A stretch of DNA of 64,000 nt, taken from positions 1,056,001-1,120,000 of the forward strand of contig OY820579.1 of assembly GCA_963681965.1 (NCBI GenBank), written 5' to 3'. The position numbers and the translations under genes are program-made. The notes under the pieces were generated by a model. That model saw nothing but the letters and a program-made list of their open reading frames with translations, was not told the DNA's origin and did no database searches. The stretch's first letter is position 1; each line of letters begins with the position of its first letter. Below are positions 9,201-16,893 of this stretch, piece by piece. This stretch comes from a bacterium. GTDB taxonomy: Bacteria > Electryoneota > JAOADG01.

Positions 9201-11278
9201 TGATCAAACCGTCGAAACCGAAATTCTACGAACTCATCGATCGATACTTGATCAAAAATAAATCCCAAACCACGGCTACTTTCGGAAATCAGATCATGTA
9301 CGATCTTTATTGCGATCTGAATCAACCGATCCGGGCAAAAGCCGCACTAGAGCGAATCCCTAGAAAAGTCGGAATGAAGGATGTCGATATTCCCGATGAA
9401 TTGATAGTTGCGATGCAGTTCCGGATGGAAATCGAGTTGACTAAACCGCAATCGATCGACGAACCGAAATATAGTGAAATAGAAAAAAGTGTTCGAAACT
9501 TAGCTGATGTTTTCAATCAAGTACAGCTCTATCGCGAATTGATGAATGCCGCAATTGTGCAAACCGCGATTTCGTTGGCTGATCGATATTTCCATCGAGC
9601 ACTTGAATTGTTATTGTATGTTAAAGCTGACCTGTTAATTGCTCAATTGTATGAGAAATATGGATCGGCATTATATCGCTGGAATCGATCGCCAGTTGGA
9701 GCCGATTATCTGTCCAAGGCAAAGCGAATACTGATCGGATTGGGAATGCCCTATCGCGGAATCGACCCACAAAATATCGAAAATATCTCAGTGAATGGAG
9801 ATGACGAAATGAGTCGAATGATCGAACCATTGCGAATGATAACCAGATTAGTCGAGCGATTCAATGAGTTGGACGACCCAAGAACAATTATGCGACAACT
9901 GCTGGAAACGACTGTTACCGGTTTGAATGCAAAAATTGGGTGGGTTATTCAACTGAACAAAAATAATCAATTGTCGAAAAACGGAATGATTGCTACCGAC
10001 TCGGGGGCTTTACACGACGACTTATTGGAGTTGGGATCGAAAACTCTAAATCTTAATGAAGCAAAATACATCGAGCAGTTTACCAGAATTAATGATCGTA
10101 GCGATTCGACGTCAAATTACGGTATCTGTTTACTACCGATTTCGACTCGGGGAATTCGATCGGGAGTACTCTTGGTCGAATTCGCACAGATTCATGAATT
10201 CAATTCTGAGGAAAAGTGCGTTCTGGAACTCGTAGCTCAGATTTTCGGATCGATGTTCACTTTTGAAAACCAACTCGAGATGACTAGAAAAGATACTTCG
10301 CTAACACAAAGCGTGTTACTGAACGATGGGTACAGCGAATTAAAAGGGAATTCCCCGGCAATGCAAGAGGTTTACCGAATTCTGGCATTGCTTCGTAAAC
10401 AGGATTTACCGGTACTAATTCTTGGTGAAAGTGGAACTGGAAAGGAGTTGGTCGCGAATATTATGTATCGGCAGAGCAATCGGTCCGATAAACCGTTCTA
10501 TGCATTGAATTGTGCTGCTTTCCCCGATACACTGATCGAGAGTCAGTTGTTTGGTCACGTCAAAGGCGCTTTCAGTGGCGCAATGTCGAATCACGATGGG
10601 TTTTTCAAAACAGCCGAAGTAGGAACAATCTTTCTGGATGAAGTAAACCACATGAGTCCGATGATGCAAGGGAAGTTGCTTCGTGTGTTGCAGGAAGGCG
10701 AGTATTTTCCCGTCGGTTCGACGAAAGTTCAAAAGACCAATGCACGAATCATTTGTGCAGCCAAAAACACATTACCCGAGATGTTGCGAAGCGGGCAATT
10801 TCGCGAAGATTTATTTTACCGCATCAATGTGATCGAGGTTAAAATCCCGCCGTTACGCGATCGAAAAGAGGATATTAAAATCCTCGCCGAATATTTTATC
10901 CAAAAATTCAATAAACAATTTTCGGCATCGGTAAAAGGGATTCGGAACACAGCCATGCAGTCATTACAGAGTTATTCTTGGCCGGGAAACGTTCGGCAGT
11001 TGGAGAACGCAATTCGACACTCATTTTTATTTGTTAAGAAAAACACTTGGATCGACGCATCGCACCTTCCTCAAGAAGTCGTACAAAACACACTTCCACT
11101 AATTGATCAATCGATCTCGCTGACCAAAAAGATTGAAGACCTTGAACGGCAATATCTTTTACAGGCACTTGAACTGTCTCATTGGAATAATTCCGAAGCC
11201 GCGAGAATCCTGGGAGTCAGCCGACAAACGGTGATTCAAAAAATCAAACGGTACGGATTGTCCCAATCGAACACATAG
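6263..11278 (+). CDS. Multidomain sigma54-dependent enhancer-binding protein: degenerate Ser/Thr kinase + STAND ATPase + TPR + GAF-like + AAA+ sigma54 activator + Fis-type HTH
   Basis: Kinase GSGENG, ALK, RAPE and SDIFSFG. Second P-loop GSKGVGKS. bEBP motifs GESGTGKE, ESQLFGH..GAFSGA, IFLDEV, FREDLFYR and WPGNVRQLEN. C-terminal SEAARILGVSRQT HTH. True start may be the ATG at 6269. Confidence 0.9.
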   Translation: MNMTNSNLTFPDYFAHRYRVERILGSGENGTVFLVRDILQHDRLLALKRFHPGSISESAFHSTAKHLRAIQKLKCDGLLTAIEFGFDQHSQFFYTSEYCAHPSLEEEWWNLTNPEKIIVLYDLADIMLSLHDHQALHYHLHPRNVFINLSNLRSDNRQGKTVLIGDYCFLPEEKISGGCAGYRAPEFVNDQKFDHKSDIFSFGVIGYSLLMQLPPDLSTLADNINSFSTSDAEMVSNNMIDNLSKLLVSQLFRCMNPVPNFRPYDFREIISIFQYSRQRPDCNEKLIVSFPFTGRSGELRFLGSILHDTKQGEQWAVNIFGSKGVGKSRLIDEFAFNYQFNGGIALFVGSSLIDTLKRFNPNLSSSETDRQLTNQAMHQHFSDTLISITDHKPIVICWNQFDRADTASITLFKELLLLYPSLPIFWLLESELPALSLDGLGFTDRVIRRELLPFSMEEVEKLLQNVFPRTEHTGNLAKLLSTHFGTRPGWFEYAINRLISNRAISNNFGRWEIDIGLTQKLLHEDGELVRVDLSKLSQDAQTLLEWMAGRSKPCRKEELQSAISLTESGYFSATNQLLKIGLIEIHGPVLNIRYSAVRDEIIRCLSENKRKVLHSWIGRWLEENISNTPKQSELWEIVKHYYEGSDRSSFLRVIEELIARFYRKPSLIIDTEIILKALLEQDSPLQMENQYRGYYLLGLLYIFTEKFEKAVWVYRTVLSTKAFKPYYTLYWAHNMLGQALYAMQDFASADRNFRLAIRLNKSQSIDELPQSLRALATICHNRAKYDAGIEYIEKYYQSIQQIEDLNRKYDELFRCGRLYYMYNIREKAVELLQEVYNCTQYTSSFMRHISYDTIIKITMMKGEFRLALQMLQKYLMQHNDPLPSNLQYKFDYTRILCYISTGKADQCWLLVDTYQVQIKIYLNVSSRLLISIDLVQLFYYFGKFQSGLKVLREVFLLFRVSKHHSNLPIYLAWVAQYFYLIKPSKPKFYELIDRYLIKNKSQTTATFGNQIMYDLYCDLNQPIRAKAALERIPRKVGMKDVDIPDELIVAMQFRMEIELTKPQSIDEPKYSEIEKSVRNLADVFNQVQLYRELMNAAIVQTAISLADRYFHRALELLLYVKADLLIAQLYEKYGSALYRWNRSPVGADYLSKAKRILIGLGMPYRGIDPQNIENISVNGDDEMSRMIEPLRMITRLVERFNELDDPRTIMRQLLETTVTGLNAKIGWVIQLNKNNQLSKNGMIATDSGALHDDLLELGSKTLNLNEAKYIEQFTRINDRSDSTSNYGICLLPISTRGIRSGVLLVEFAQIHEFNSEEKCVLELVAQIFGSMFTFENQLEMTRKDTSLTQSVLLNDGYSELKGNSPAMQEVYRILALLRKQDLPVLILGESGTGKELVANIMYRQSNRSDKPFYALNCAAFPDTLIESQLFGHVKGAFSGAMSNHDGFFKTAEVGTIFLDEVNHMSPMMQGKLLRVLQEGEYFPVGSTKVQKTNARIICAAKNTLPEMLRSGQFREDLFYRINVIEVKIPPLRDRKEDIKILAEYFIQKFNKQFSASVKGIRNTAMQSLQSYSWPGNVRQLENAIRHSFLFVKKNTWIDASHLPQEVVQNTLPLIDQSISLTKKIEDLERQYLLQALELSHWNNSEAARILGVSRQTVIQKIKRYGLSQSNT

Positions 11279-11453
11279 TTTTTCGATCTCCAACACGATC
11301 CTGCATACAACTTAACTTATTAATAATCAATAAGCGTTTGAGATCTGTATAGATATCGATCAAAACGTTGATGCTGGATTCCGTCTAATAATATAGTTGT
11401 TGCCGAAAAGATTATATAAGCATTATTTATATATAATTACGGTATGTATTTTC

Positions 11454-11470
11454 TTGGCACATATAATGCT
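11454..11470 (+). promoter_or_regulatory. Sigma54 (-24/-12) promoter
   Basis: TTGGCAC-ATATA-ATGCT: GG at 11456-57 and GC at 11468-69 with exact 10-nt spacing. Intergenic, about 60 bp before the ATG at 11530, and adjacent to a bEBP gene. Confidence 0.8.
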
Positions 11471-11529
11471 TCTCTACATGTGAAAGTAGGATCCAAAATT
11501 TCTAACGTTCACAATCGGGAGAATCCATT

Positions 11530-11820
11530 ATGAAATCGCAGTTTAAAGCTTTGATTTGTATCGCCGTAATTCTCTGCCTTTCAATACTACCGAAAATAGG
11601 TTTTTGTGCTTGGGAATTTCAAGATGAGACTGGTGATGCGATTGTTCTCACTCGTACCGATCAAGTGAAGCATGAGATCAATAAAGGGATTTATTGCTTT
11701 TATGATGCCGGTGTAAACAAATGGATTACCATTTTGGATTTTTCACAATCACCCTACCCACTAGTGTCGATTCCGGGTTACACCCTGGTTTGGAAACCAG
11801 ATTCAAATTACGATTTCTAA
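11530..11820 (+). CDS. Small hypothetical secreted protein (96 aa)
   Basis: RBS GGGAGA. N-terminal signal peptide MKSQFKALICIAVILCLSILPKIGFCA. Short beta-rich mature part. Confidence 0.7.
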   Translation: MKSQFKALICIAVILCLSILPKIGFCAWEFQDETGDAIVLTRTDQVKHEINKGIYCFYDAGVNKWITILDFSQSPYPLVSIPGYTLVWKPDSNYDF

Positions 11821-11888
11821 CATTCGGTGACGTTCATTTTATGCTTTCATTTTGTGTCGTCGAGTCAATATGTCAGTGAGAAACGAAT

Positions 11889-12200
11889 ATGATCAATACT
11901 CGTCAAGCCGTACCTGATCAAGTCCAAGCGATTTGGGATCGTCTCTTGAATGAAGAAAATGTTATGGGAATGCGCAACCGAAGACCGGCAAATGCACGTT
12001 ATGCGATCTTTCGTGCAAAAGAGTTGCTCCCGATCGAATTCAATAATTTAAGATCGGCATTTGATCGATCACCAATCAATTTTGAGGAAAACGAAGAAGA
12101 TCAGTATCAACACCTGTCGTATTTGGCAAATATATCCTATTATGTCGTATTTCGCATTATTGAACATTCGGAATATAGTGCAGATGCCGTATTGAATTAA
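11889..12200 (+). CDS. Hypothetical protein (103 aa)
   Basis: Co-oriented ORF between neighbours with a GAGA RBS-like motif and a 13-bp gap to the next gene. No recognisable motif. Confidence 0.55.
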   Translation: MINTRQAVPDQVQAIWDRLLNEENVMGMRNRRPANARYAIFRAKELLPIEFNNLRSAFDRSPINFEENEEDQYQHLSYLANISYYVVFRIIEHSEYSADAVLN

Positions 12201-12213
12201 TTCTGGGACAAAT

Positions 12214-13104
12214 ATGGAAACCCAATTGTTGGAATTAACCAAGAAAATAAAAAAAATGCCGGATGGTGATTTTCGCTCTCAATTGCATCTTACGATACCG
12301 AAAGAGAACAAGCGAAATCAGTCATCGCAAAAGCGAATTCTTTACAGTTTTCCGGAAGAACCTCGGCTGCAGGTTCAACAATTGGGATATCTCATTAATA
12401 TTCTTCACCAGCATCTTCTGGGGAGTACTATTGAAAGTCACCGCGATTCAATCATTTCGATTCGATCTTATGGTGTTTATTATCTGATCAGTGAACTGTT
12501 GGAAAAAGTCGCAGCGGATGTAATCTCGGATCAAGAGCTTAATGTGAATTCGATTGCCTGGTGGGTGGGTGCGCTGCTTGACGACCAAATTGACTGGAAT
12601 ACTTCCTTTGATCGGATGTTGCAGCTCATTTATTATCCAGTTGATAATGGGTTAAATGACGTTGAATATTTGAAACAGAACTCCCCAATCTCGATTTTTC
12701 TTTCAGATGTTTTTAATAACAACATTTTAGGATCGACTTCCGTTGCATACTCTACTACTCCAATCCAATTTATTACCTCTGGAATATTGTGTGACAATGA
12801 ATTAATGTATTTTTACCGAAAATTGTCGAGCTGGCACAAAAATGGTATTCATCCGTGGATTAACTTATTGGATTACCGCTCTTTGGTGAAATGTGCAATT
12901 AGCTGCTATCAAATTCAACGATATCTTGAAATCCATTCGGGTTGGAAATGGCAGAAGATCGCGGAGGTGTTGAATGATATCCGAGCGATAAGGATCAGTT
13001 TAACAACGGAAGCCGTCACGTTAATTACTCGCCCGAATGTTGAACAAATGGAATTGTTCTACCGGCTAGATATACCCCCGCCAAAATCTGTGATAACCGA
13101 TTAA
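12214..13104 (+). CDS. IS1634-family transposase-derived protein, internally shortened and apparently lacking the DDE catalytic core
   Basis: The N-terminus KKMPDG..RILYSF..LGYLINILHQHL..SIRSYGVYYLISELLEK and the C-terminus RYLEIHSGWKWQKIAEVLNDI..ITRPNVEQMELFYRLDIPPP resemble IS1634 Tnp termini (recalled family pattern). Only 296 aa long. Confidence 0.55.
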   Translation: METQLLELTKKIKKMPDGDFRSQLHLTIPKENKRNQSSQKRILYSFPEEPRLQVQQLGYLINILHQHLLGSTIESHRDSIISIRSYGVYYLISELLEKVAADVISDQELNVNSIAWWVGALLDDQIDWNTSFDRMLQLIYYPVDNGLNDVEYLKQNSPISIFLSDVFNNNILGSTSVAYSTTPIQFITSGILCDNELMYFYRKLSSWHKNGIHPWINLLDYRSLVKCAISCYQIQRYLEIHSGWKWQKIAEVLNDIRAIRISLTTEAVTLITRPNVEQMELFYRLDIPPPKSVITD

Positions 13105-13489
13105 CACTTTTTACTCGCTTTAAATCACATCAAATTTCTTAATGCTTGAATTTGTTAGCATTAATCTCCCCTTAGCGAACTTGTCGTCTGTCAGTTGTAT
13201 CGAAATTCGAGATAAATTTTTAAATAAGTGACTGTTGCGTGGTGCTTTCAGATGTAAGCTGAATTGTTTTTCGTGTGAAAATATAACGACATAATGCAAT
13301 ATATTTGTAAATCTAAATAATTTACTCCAACAACTTCGATGAAAGAGATGGTTGGACGATTGGCGTTGAGAATACAAAAAAAATAATTTTTTCCCCCGCG
13401 AACTGTAGAAGCTCCTGTTTTCTTCCTATATTGGTTAAGTTCTTGAGTGCAACGATTCAACAACATCATTTAATGAGAATCATCGATAT

Positions 13490-13864
13490 ATGCATACTTC
13501 CAAAAGCGTCATTCCGGTGCTGAAACTATTCGATTATTTGATCGTTACGATCCAAATCGATATGGACGATCTAACCGCCAATCTCTTTCGAAACGACATT
13601 CTTAAGCAAATCGAAAAAACCAATGCAAAAGGTGTATTGATCGATATTTCGGTGATCGATTTAGTAGACAGTTATCTCGGTCGGGTTTTAGGCGACACGG
13701 CACGAATGGCAAAATTAATGGATTGCGAAGTCGTTCTGGTCGGTATGCAACCTGCAGTAGCATTGACTTTGGTCGAATTAGGCTTAAGTCTTGAATCGGT
13801 TCACACTTGTTTAAATCTGGAAGCCGGTCTAAAACTGTTGAACCGGTTAACCAAGGATCGATAA
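13490..13864 (+). CDS. rsbS: Stressosome STAS protein RsbS
   Basis: Single STAS domain with DISVIDLVDSYLGR (conserved phospho-Ser) and GMQPAVALTLVELG. Confidence 0.92.
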   Translation: MHTSKSVIPVLKLFDYLIVTIQIDMDDLTANLFRNDILKQIEKTNAKGVLIDISVIDLVDSYLGRVLGDTARMAKLMDCEVVLVGMQPAVALTLVELGLSLESVHTCLNLEAGLKLLNRLTKDR

Positions 13865-14274
13865 TGGATCCCACTATTATCGAAATCATAGAAGAAAAAG
13901 ACATTGTAGTCTGTCGTCAGGAATGCCGCAATCAAGCGCGGTTGCTGGGCTTTTCCTTAGTCGATCAGACGCGAATTACCACTGCCGCCAGTGAACTCGC
14001 CCGAAATATTTACGAATACGCCAAGAAGGGCGAAGTGCGGATTGAAAAGATTCAATCGTCGAACGGTATCGGATTGAAAATGTCGTTTATCGATCACGGT
14101 AAGGGTATCGAGAATGTCGACCTAGTGATGAAAGACGGGTGGAGTTCCCATCAAGGTATGGGAATGGGATTACCCGGATCGAAACGATTGATGGATGAAT
14201 TCTCGATTCAGTCTGAAATCGGAAAAGGAACGACTGTAGTAGCTGTGAAGTGGTTGCACAAGGTTTTGATTTAG
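13864..14274 (+). CDS. rsbT: Stressosome Ser/Thr kinase RsbT
   Basis: The start overlaps the rsbS stop (TAATG). Motifs QTRITTAASELARNIYEYA, DHGKGI, GMGMGLPGSKRLMDEF and GKGTTV. Confidence 0.93.
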   Translation: MDPTIIEIIEEKDIVVCRQECRNQARLLGFSLVDQTRITTAASELARNIYEYAKKGEVRIEKIQSSNGIGLKMSFIDHGKGIENVDLVMKDGWSSHQGMGMGLPGSKRLMDEFSIQSEIGKGTTVVAVKWLHKVLI

Positions 14275-14287
14275 AGAAAGGACAACG

Positions 14288-15280
14288 ATGGAAGCGAAAT
14301 TGGGATCACTAGAAAATCTAAAAGGGTTAATGGATGCAACAACCGGATTTTTGCGTGTAACCGATATCAATCAATTGTGTCAATTGACGGCGGATTCAAT
14401 TATCAAGTTTTCACCATTTCAGCGGTGCGTTGTTTCTGTATCTGAAACCGATGGAACATTCCGTCGAGTAGGCTTCAGTGGAATCAACAAAGCGCAAATC
14501 GATGAACTACTCAATATGCCCCGCCGCAAATTGTCCGAAACACAATCGCAACTGCAGGAACGCTTTCTAATCAGTCGATCCTATTATATTCCTCACGATG
14601 TTTCGAATTTGGTTGGTTTGAAAAGTACGATTACTTACGATACCAAAGCCGAATGGCATCCGGACGACTTCCTGTTCATTCCGTTGTACAATCCCGATAA
14701 TTCGATCGTCGGTTTAATCAACGTTGACGATCCATCGGACGGTCTCCGACCCACGGTTGCCAAATTATTGCCGTTGGAGATTTTTGCCAACCAAACGGCT
14801 GCAGCGTTGGAAAATATTCGCGGGATCCAGAAACAGCAGGAATTAATTCAACGGTTGCGCGATCAACAAAATGTCGTGCTGGAATTATCAACTCCGGTAA
14901 TTCAAATCACCGATCAAATATTGGCGCTACCGTTAATCGGAGCTGTGGACAGTGCCCGTGCGCAACAAATAATGGAAAATATTCTGATCCGGATTACCGA
15001 AACGGAAAGTGCTGTCATCATTATCGATATTACCGGAGTACCGATTATCGATACTTTAGTCGCTTCGCACTTGATCAAGACGGTCGCTGCGGCGAAACTG
15101 CTTGGTACGGAAGCGATTATCTCGGGAATTAATCCGGAAATAGCTCAAACGTTGATTCATCTTGGAGTTGATTTGACGAAGATTACAACGAAATCCAAAT
15201 TGTCCCGGGCATTGGATACGGCGTTGAAAATGACAAATCGAAAAATCGCTCCACTATTTGTTGAAAAAGAGAATGATTAA
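14288..15280 (+). CDS. rsbR: RsbR-family stressosome sensor with N-terminal GAF domain and C-terminal STAS
   Basis: GAF-like WHPDDFLFIPL..GLINVDDP. STAS motifs ELSTPVIQI, PLIGAVDSARA and DITGVPIIDTLVA. Confidence 0.88.
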   Translation: MEAKLGSLENLKGLMDATTGFLRVTDINQLCQLTADSIIKFSPFQRCVVSVSETDGTFRRVGFSGINKAQIDELLNMPRRKLSETQSQLQERFLISRSYYIPHDVSNLVGLKSTITYDTKAEWHPDDFLFIPLYNPDNSIVGLINVDDPSDGLRPTVAKLLPLEIFANQTAAALENIRGIQKQQELIQRLRDQQNVVLELSTPVIQITDQILALPLIGAVDSARAQQIMENILIRITETESAVIIIDITGVPIIDTLVASHLIKTVAAAKLLGTEAIISGINPEIAQTLIHLGVDLTKITTKSKLSRALDTALKMTNRKIAPLFVEKEND

Positions 15281-16347
15281 TGGCACTTGAAGGTTTGTCG
15301 CCCGATATCTTTTCAGTATCGGTGGCGCCGGGCGAGAAACTGAGGGTGATATCGTATCAATCGTCGTACGATTCATCATCGATTATCGCTGTAGCTTGTG
15401 GATTTGGGATTCAATTCGGATTTGTCGAACGCGACATTCAGGAACTTGAGATCGTAGTTCGCGAGTTGCTTGCAAATATTTCACGTCATGGAGGTGGAGA
15501 AGGCACGATCGTTTTTTATTCACGGGAATTGGCGGATCGTCTACCGACGTTGATTATTGATTTTATGGATAATGGTCCCGGTTTTCCCGATTACGATCTT
15601 TCGCTTCACGATAATACAATCAGTGGATTTACACCGGGAGGCGGATTACCATCGGCTCGACGGTTTTGTGATCGTGTCGAACTAATGCCGAATTCACCGA
15701 AAGGCGCAATTGTTCGAATCACGAAATCCAGCAGTCGGTCGAATCCACACCGTATCGGTTCGTTTGTTGTTTTGTCGAAACCGCATCTGGGTGAAACGCA
15801 CAATGGCGATCAGGCGACAGTAATTCACACCAATAATTTTACATTGGTCGCACTGGTTGATGGATTGGGTCACGGTTTAGTTGCTTTTCAAGCGGCAAAA
15901 TCCGCGATCACGATCATCGAACAAAATTATCAAGTACCACTTGATCAATTGATCAAAATTATGCATATCGAATTGATGAAAACGCGGGGTGCAGCGGTTT
16001 CGCTGGCAAAGATCAATTACGATCCACAGACGATCGATTATCTGGGTATTGGAAATGTAAATACGGCACTGATTTCCAATACAGCGAATCACTTAGTGAA
16101 TTACAACGGTACTGTCGGGCTTGATATTTCCCGGTCGCATGTTGTAACATACAAATATGAATTGGGCATGCGATTGATTATGTATACTGACGGTTTGGCG
16201 AGTAATTGGATGAAAAATCAAGATTTGAACATTGAGTGCGATGCCTTGCAACAGGCACACACCATTTTGTCCAGTCATGCCCGACCAACCGATGACGCAA
16301 CGCTGGTATTGGGTAAATTGATGCTTTGGACTCCGGAAAATGGATGA
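15280..16347 (+). CDS. HATPase_c (RsbT/RsbW-like) fused to SpoIIE/RsbX-type PP2C phosphatase
   Basis: HATPase motifs ELLANISRHGGG, DNGPG and GGGLPSARRFCD. PP2C motifs NGD, VDGLGHG, YTDG and TDDAT. Coupled to rsbR by TAATG. Confidence 0.85.
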   Translation: MALEGLSPDIFSVSVAPGEKLRVISYQSSYDSSSIIAVACGFGIQFGFVERDIQELEIVVRELLANISRHGGGEGTIVFYSRELADRLPTLIIDFMDNGPGFPDYDLSLHDNTISGFTPGGGLPSARRFCDRVELMPNSPKGAIVRITKSSSRSNPHRIGSFVVLSKPHLGETHNGDQATVIHTNNFTLVALVDGLGHGLVAFQAAKSAITIIEQNYQVPLDQLIKIMHIELMKTRGAAVSLAKINYDPQTIDYLGIGNVNTALISNTANHLVNYNGTVGLDISRSHVVTYKYELGMRLIMYTDGLASNWMKNQDLNIECDALQQAHTILSSHARPTDDATLVLGKLMLWTPENG

Positions 16348-16834
16348 GAACGATCAAATCATTGCCGGTCTGAAAAACGATATTCAATCGCTCCGCGACG
16401 AATTGGCTGAAACCAATCGAGGAGTAATTGCACTATACTCCGAAATTGAAGACGCCAATCTTCAATTACAACAACAGCGAAACGAATTGAAAGCTAAAAA
16501 CGATCTCCTTGAAGCAACGATGGTGCAGTTGGAAGAGGCGAATCGCGAAATCTCCAAACGTGAACGTAATGCCGCCATCGGACAAATGGTCATTACCTAC
16601 AATCACGAAATCAACAACCCGCTCTTTGTCATCCAAGGGACACTAAGTTTGATGCAAAAATTCCCGCCCAAGGATGAGGAAAAGTTGAAAGAAAAAATTC
16701 GTATTATCCTTGATAATTGCGATCGAATCAGTCGCGTCCTACTTCGGATCAGAGAATTTGACAATCTCTTGCCGAAGAAGTATTTGAATAGCGAGTTGCT
16801 TGATCTCAAATTAACTAAAGATTTAACAACCTGA
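16340..16834 (+). CDS. Coiled-coil + HisKA/DHp phosphoacceptor protein without ATP-binding domain
   Basis: ELAETNRGVIALYSEI coil and H-box TYNHEINNPL. The protein ends about 70 aa later with no N/G1/F/G2 boxes. Confidence 0.75.
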   Translation: MDENDQIIAGLKNDIQSLRDELAETNRGVIALYSEIEDANLQLQQQRNELKAKNDLLEATMVQLEEANREISKRERNAAIGQMVITYNHEINNPLFVIQGTLSLMQKFPPKDEEKLKEKIRIILDNCDRISRVLLRIREFDNLLPKKYLNSELLDLKLTKDLTT

Positions 16835-16853
16835 TCGATGTTCGATAGAAATA

Positions 16854-16883
16854 AAAAAACCGGCTTATGCAAGCCGGTTTTTT
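16854..16883. terminator. Bidirectional intrinsic terminator
   Basis: AAAAAACCGGCTT-atgc-AAGCCGGTTTTTT between convergent genes. Confidence 0.9.
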
Positions 16884-16893
16884 CGTTAACCAA

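Noticed and set aside
11889-13200. Active IS element around the transposase-like ORF
   Set aside because: I could not see terminal inverted repeats or target duplications and the catalytic residues appear absent, so it is not called a mobile element.
13105-13489. Short ORFs, or a missing rsbR, upstream of rsbS
   Set aside because: AT-rich spacer with no STAS-like translation in the listed frames. Treated as a promoter region.
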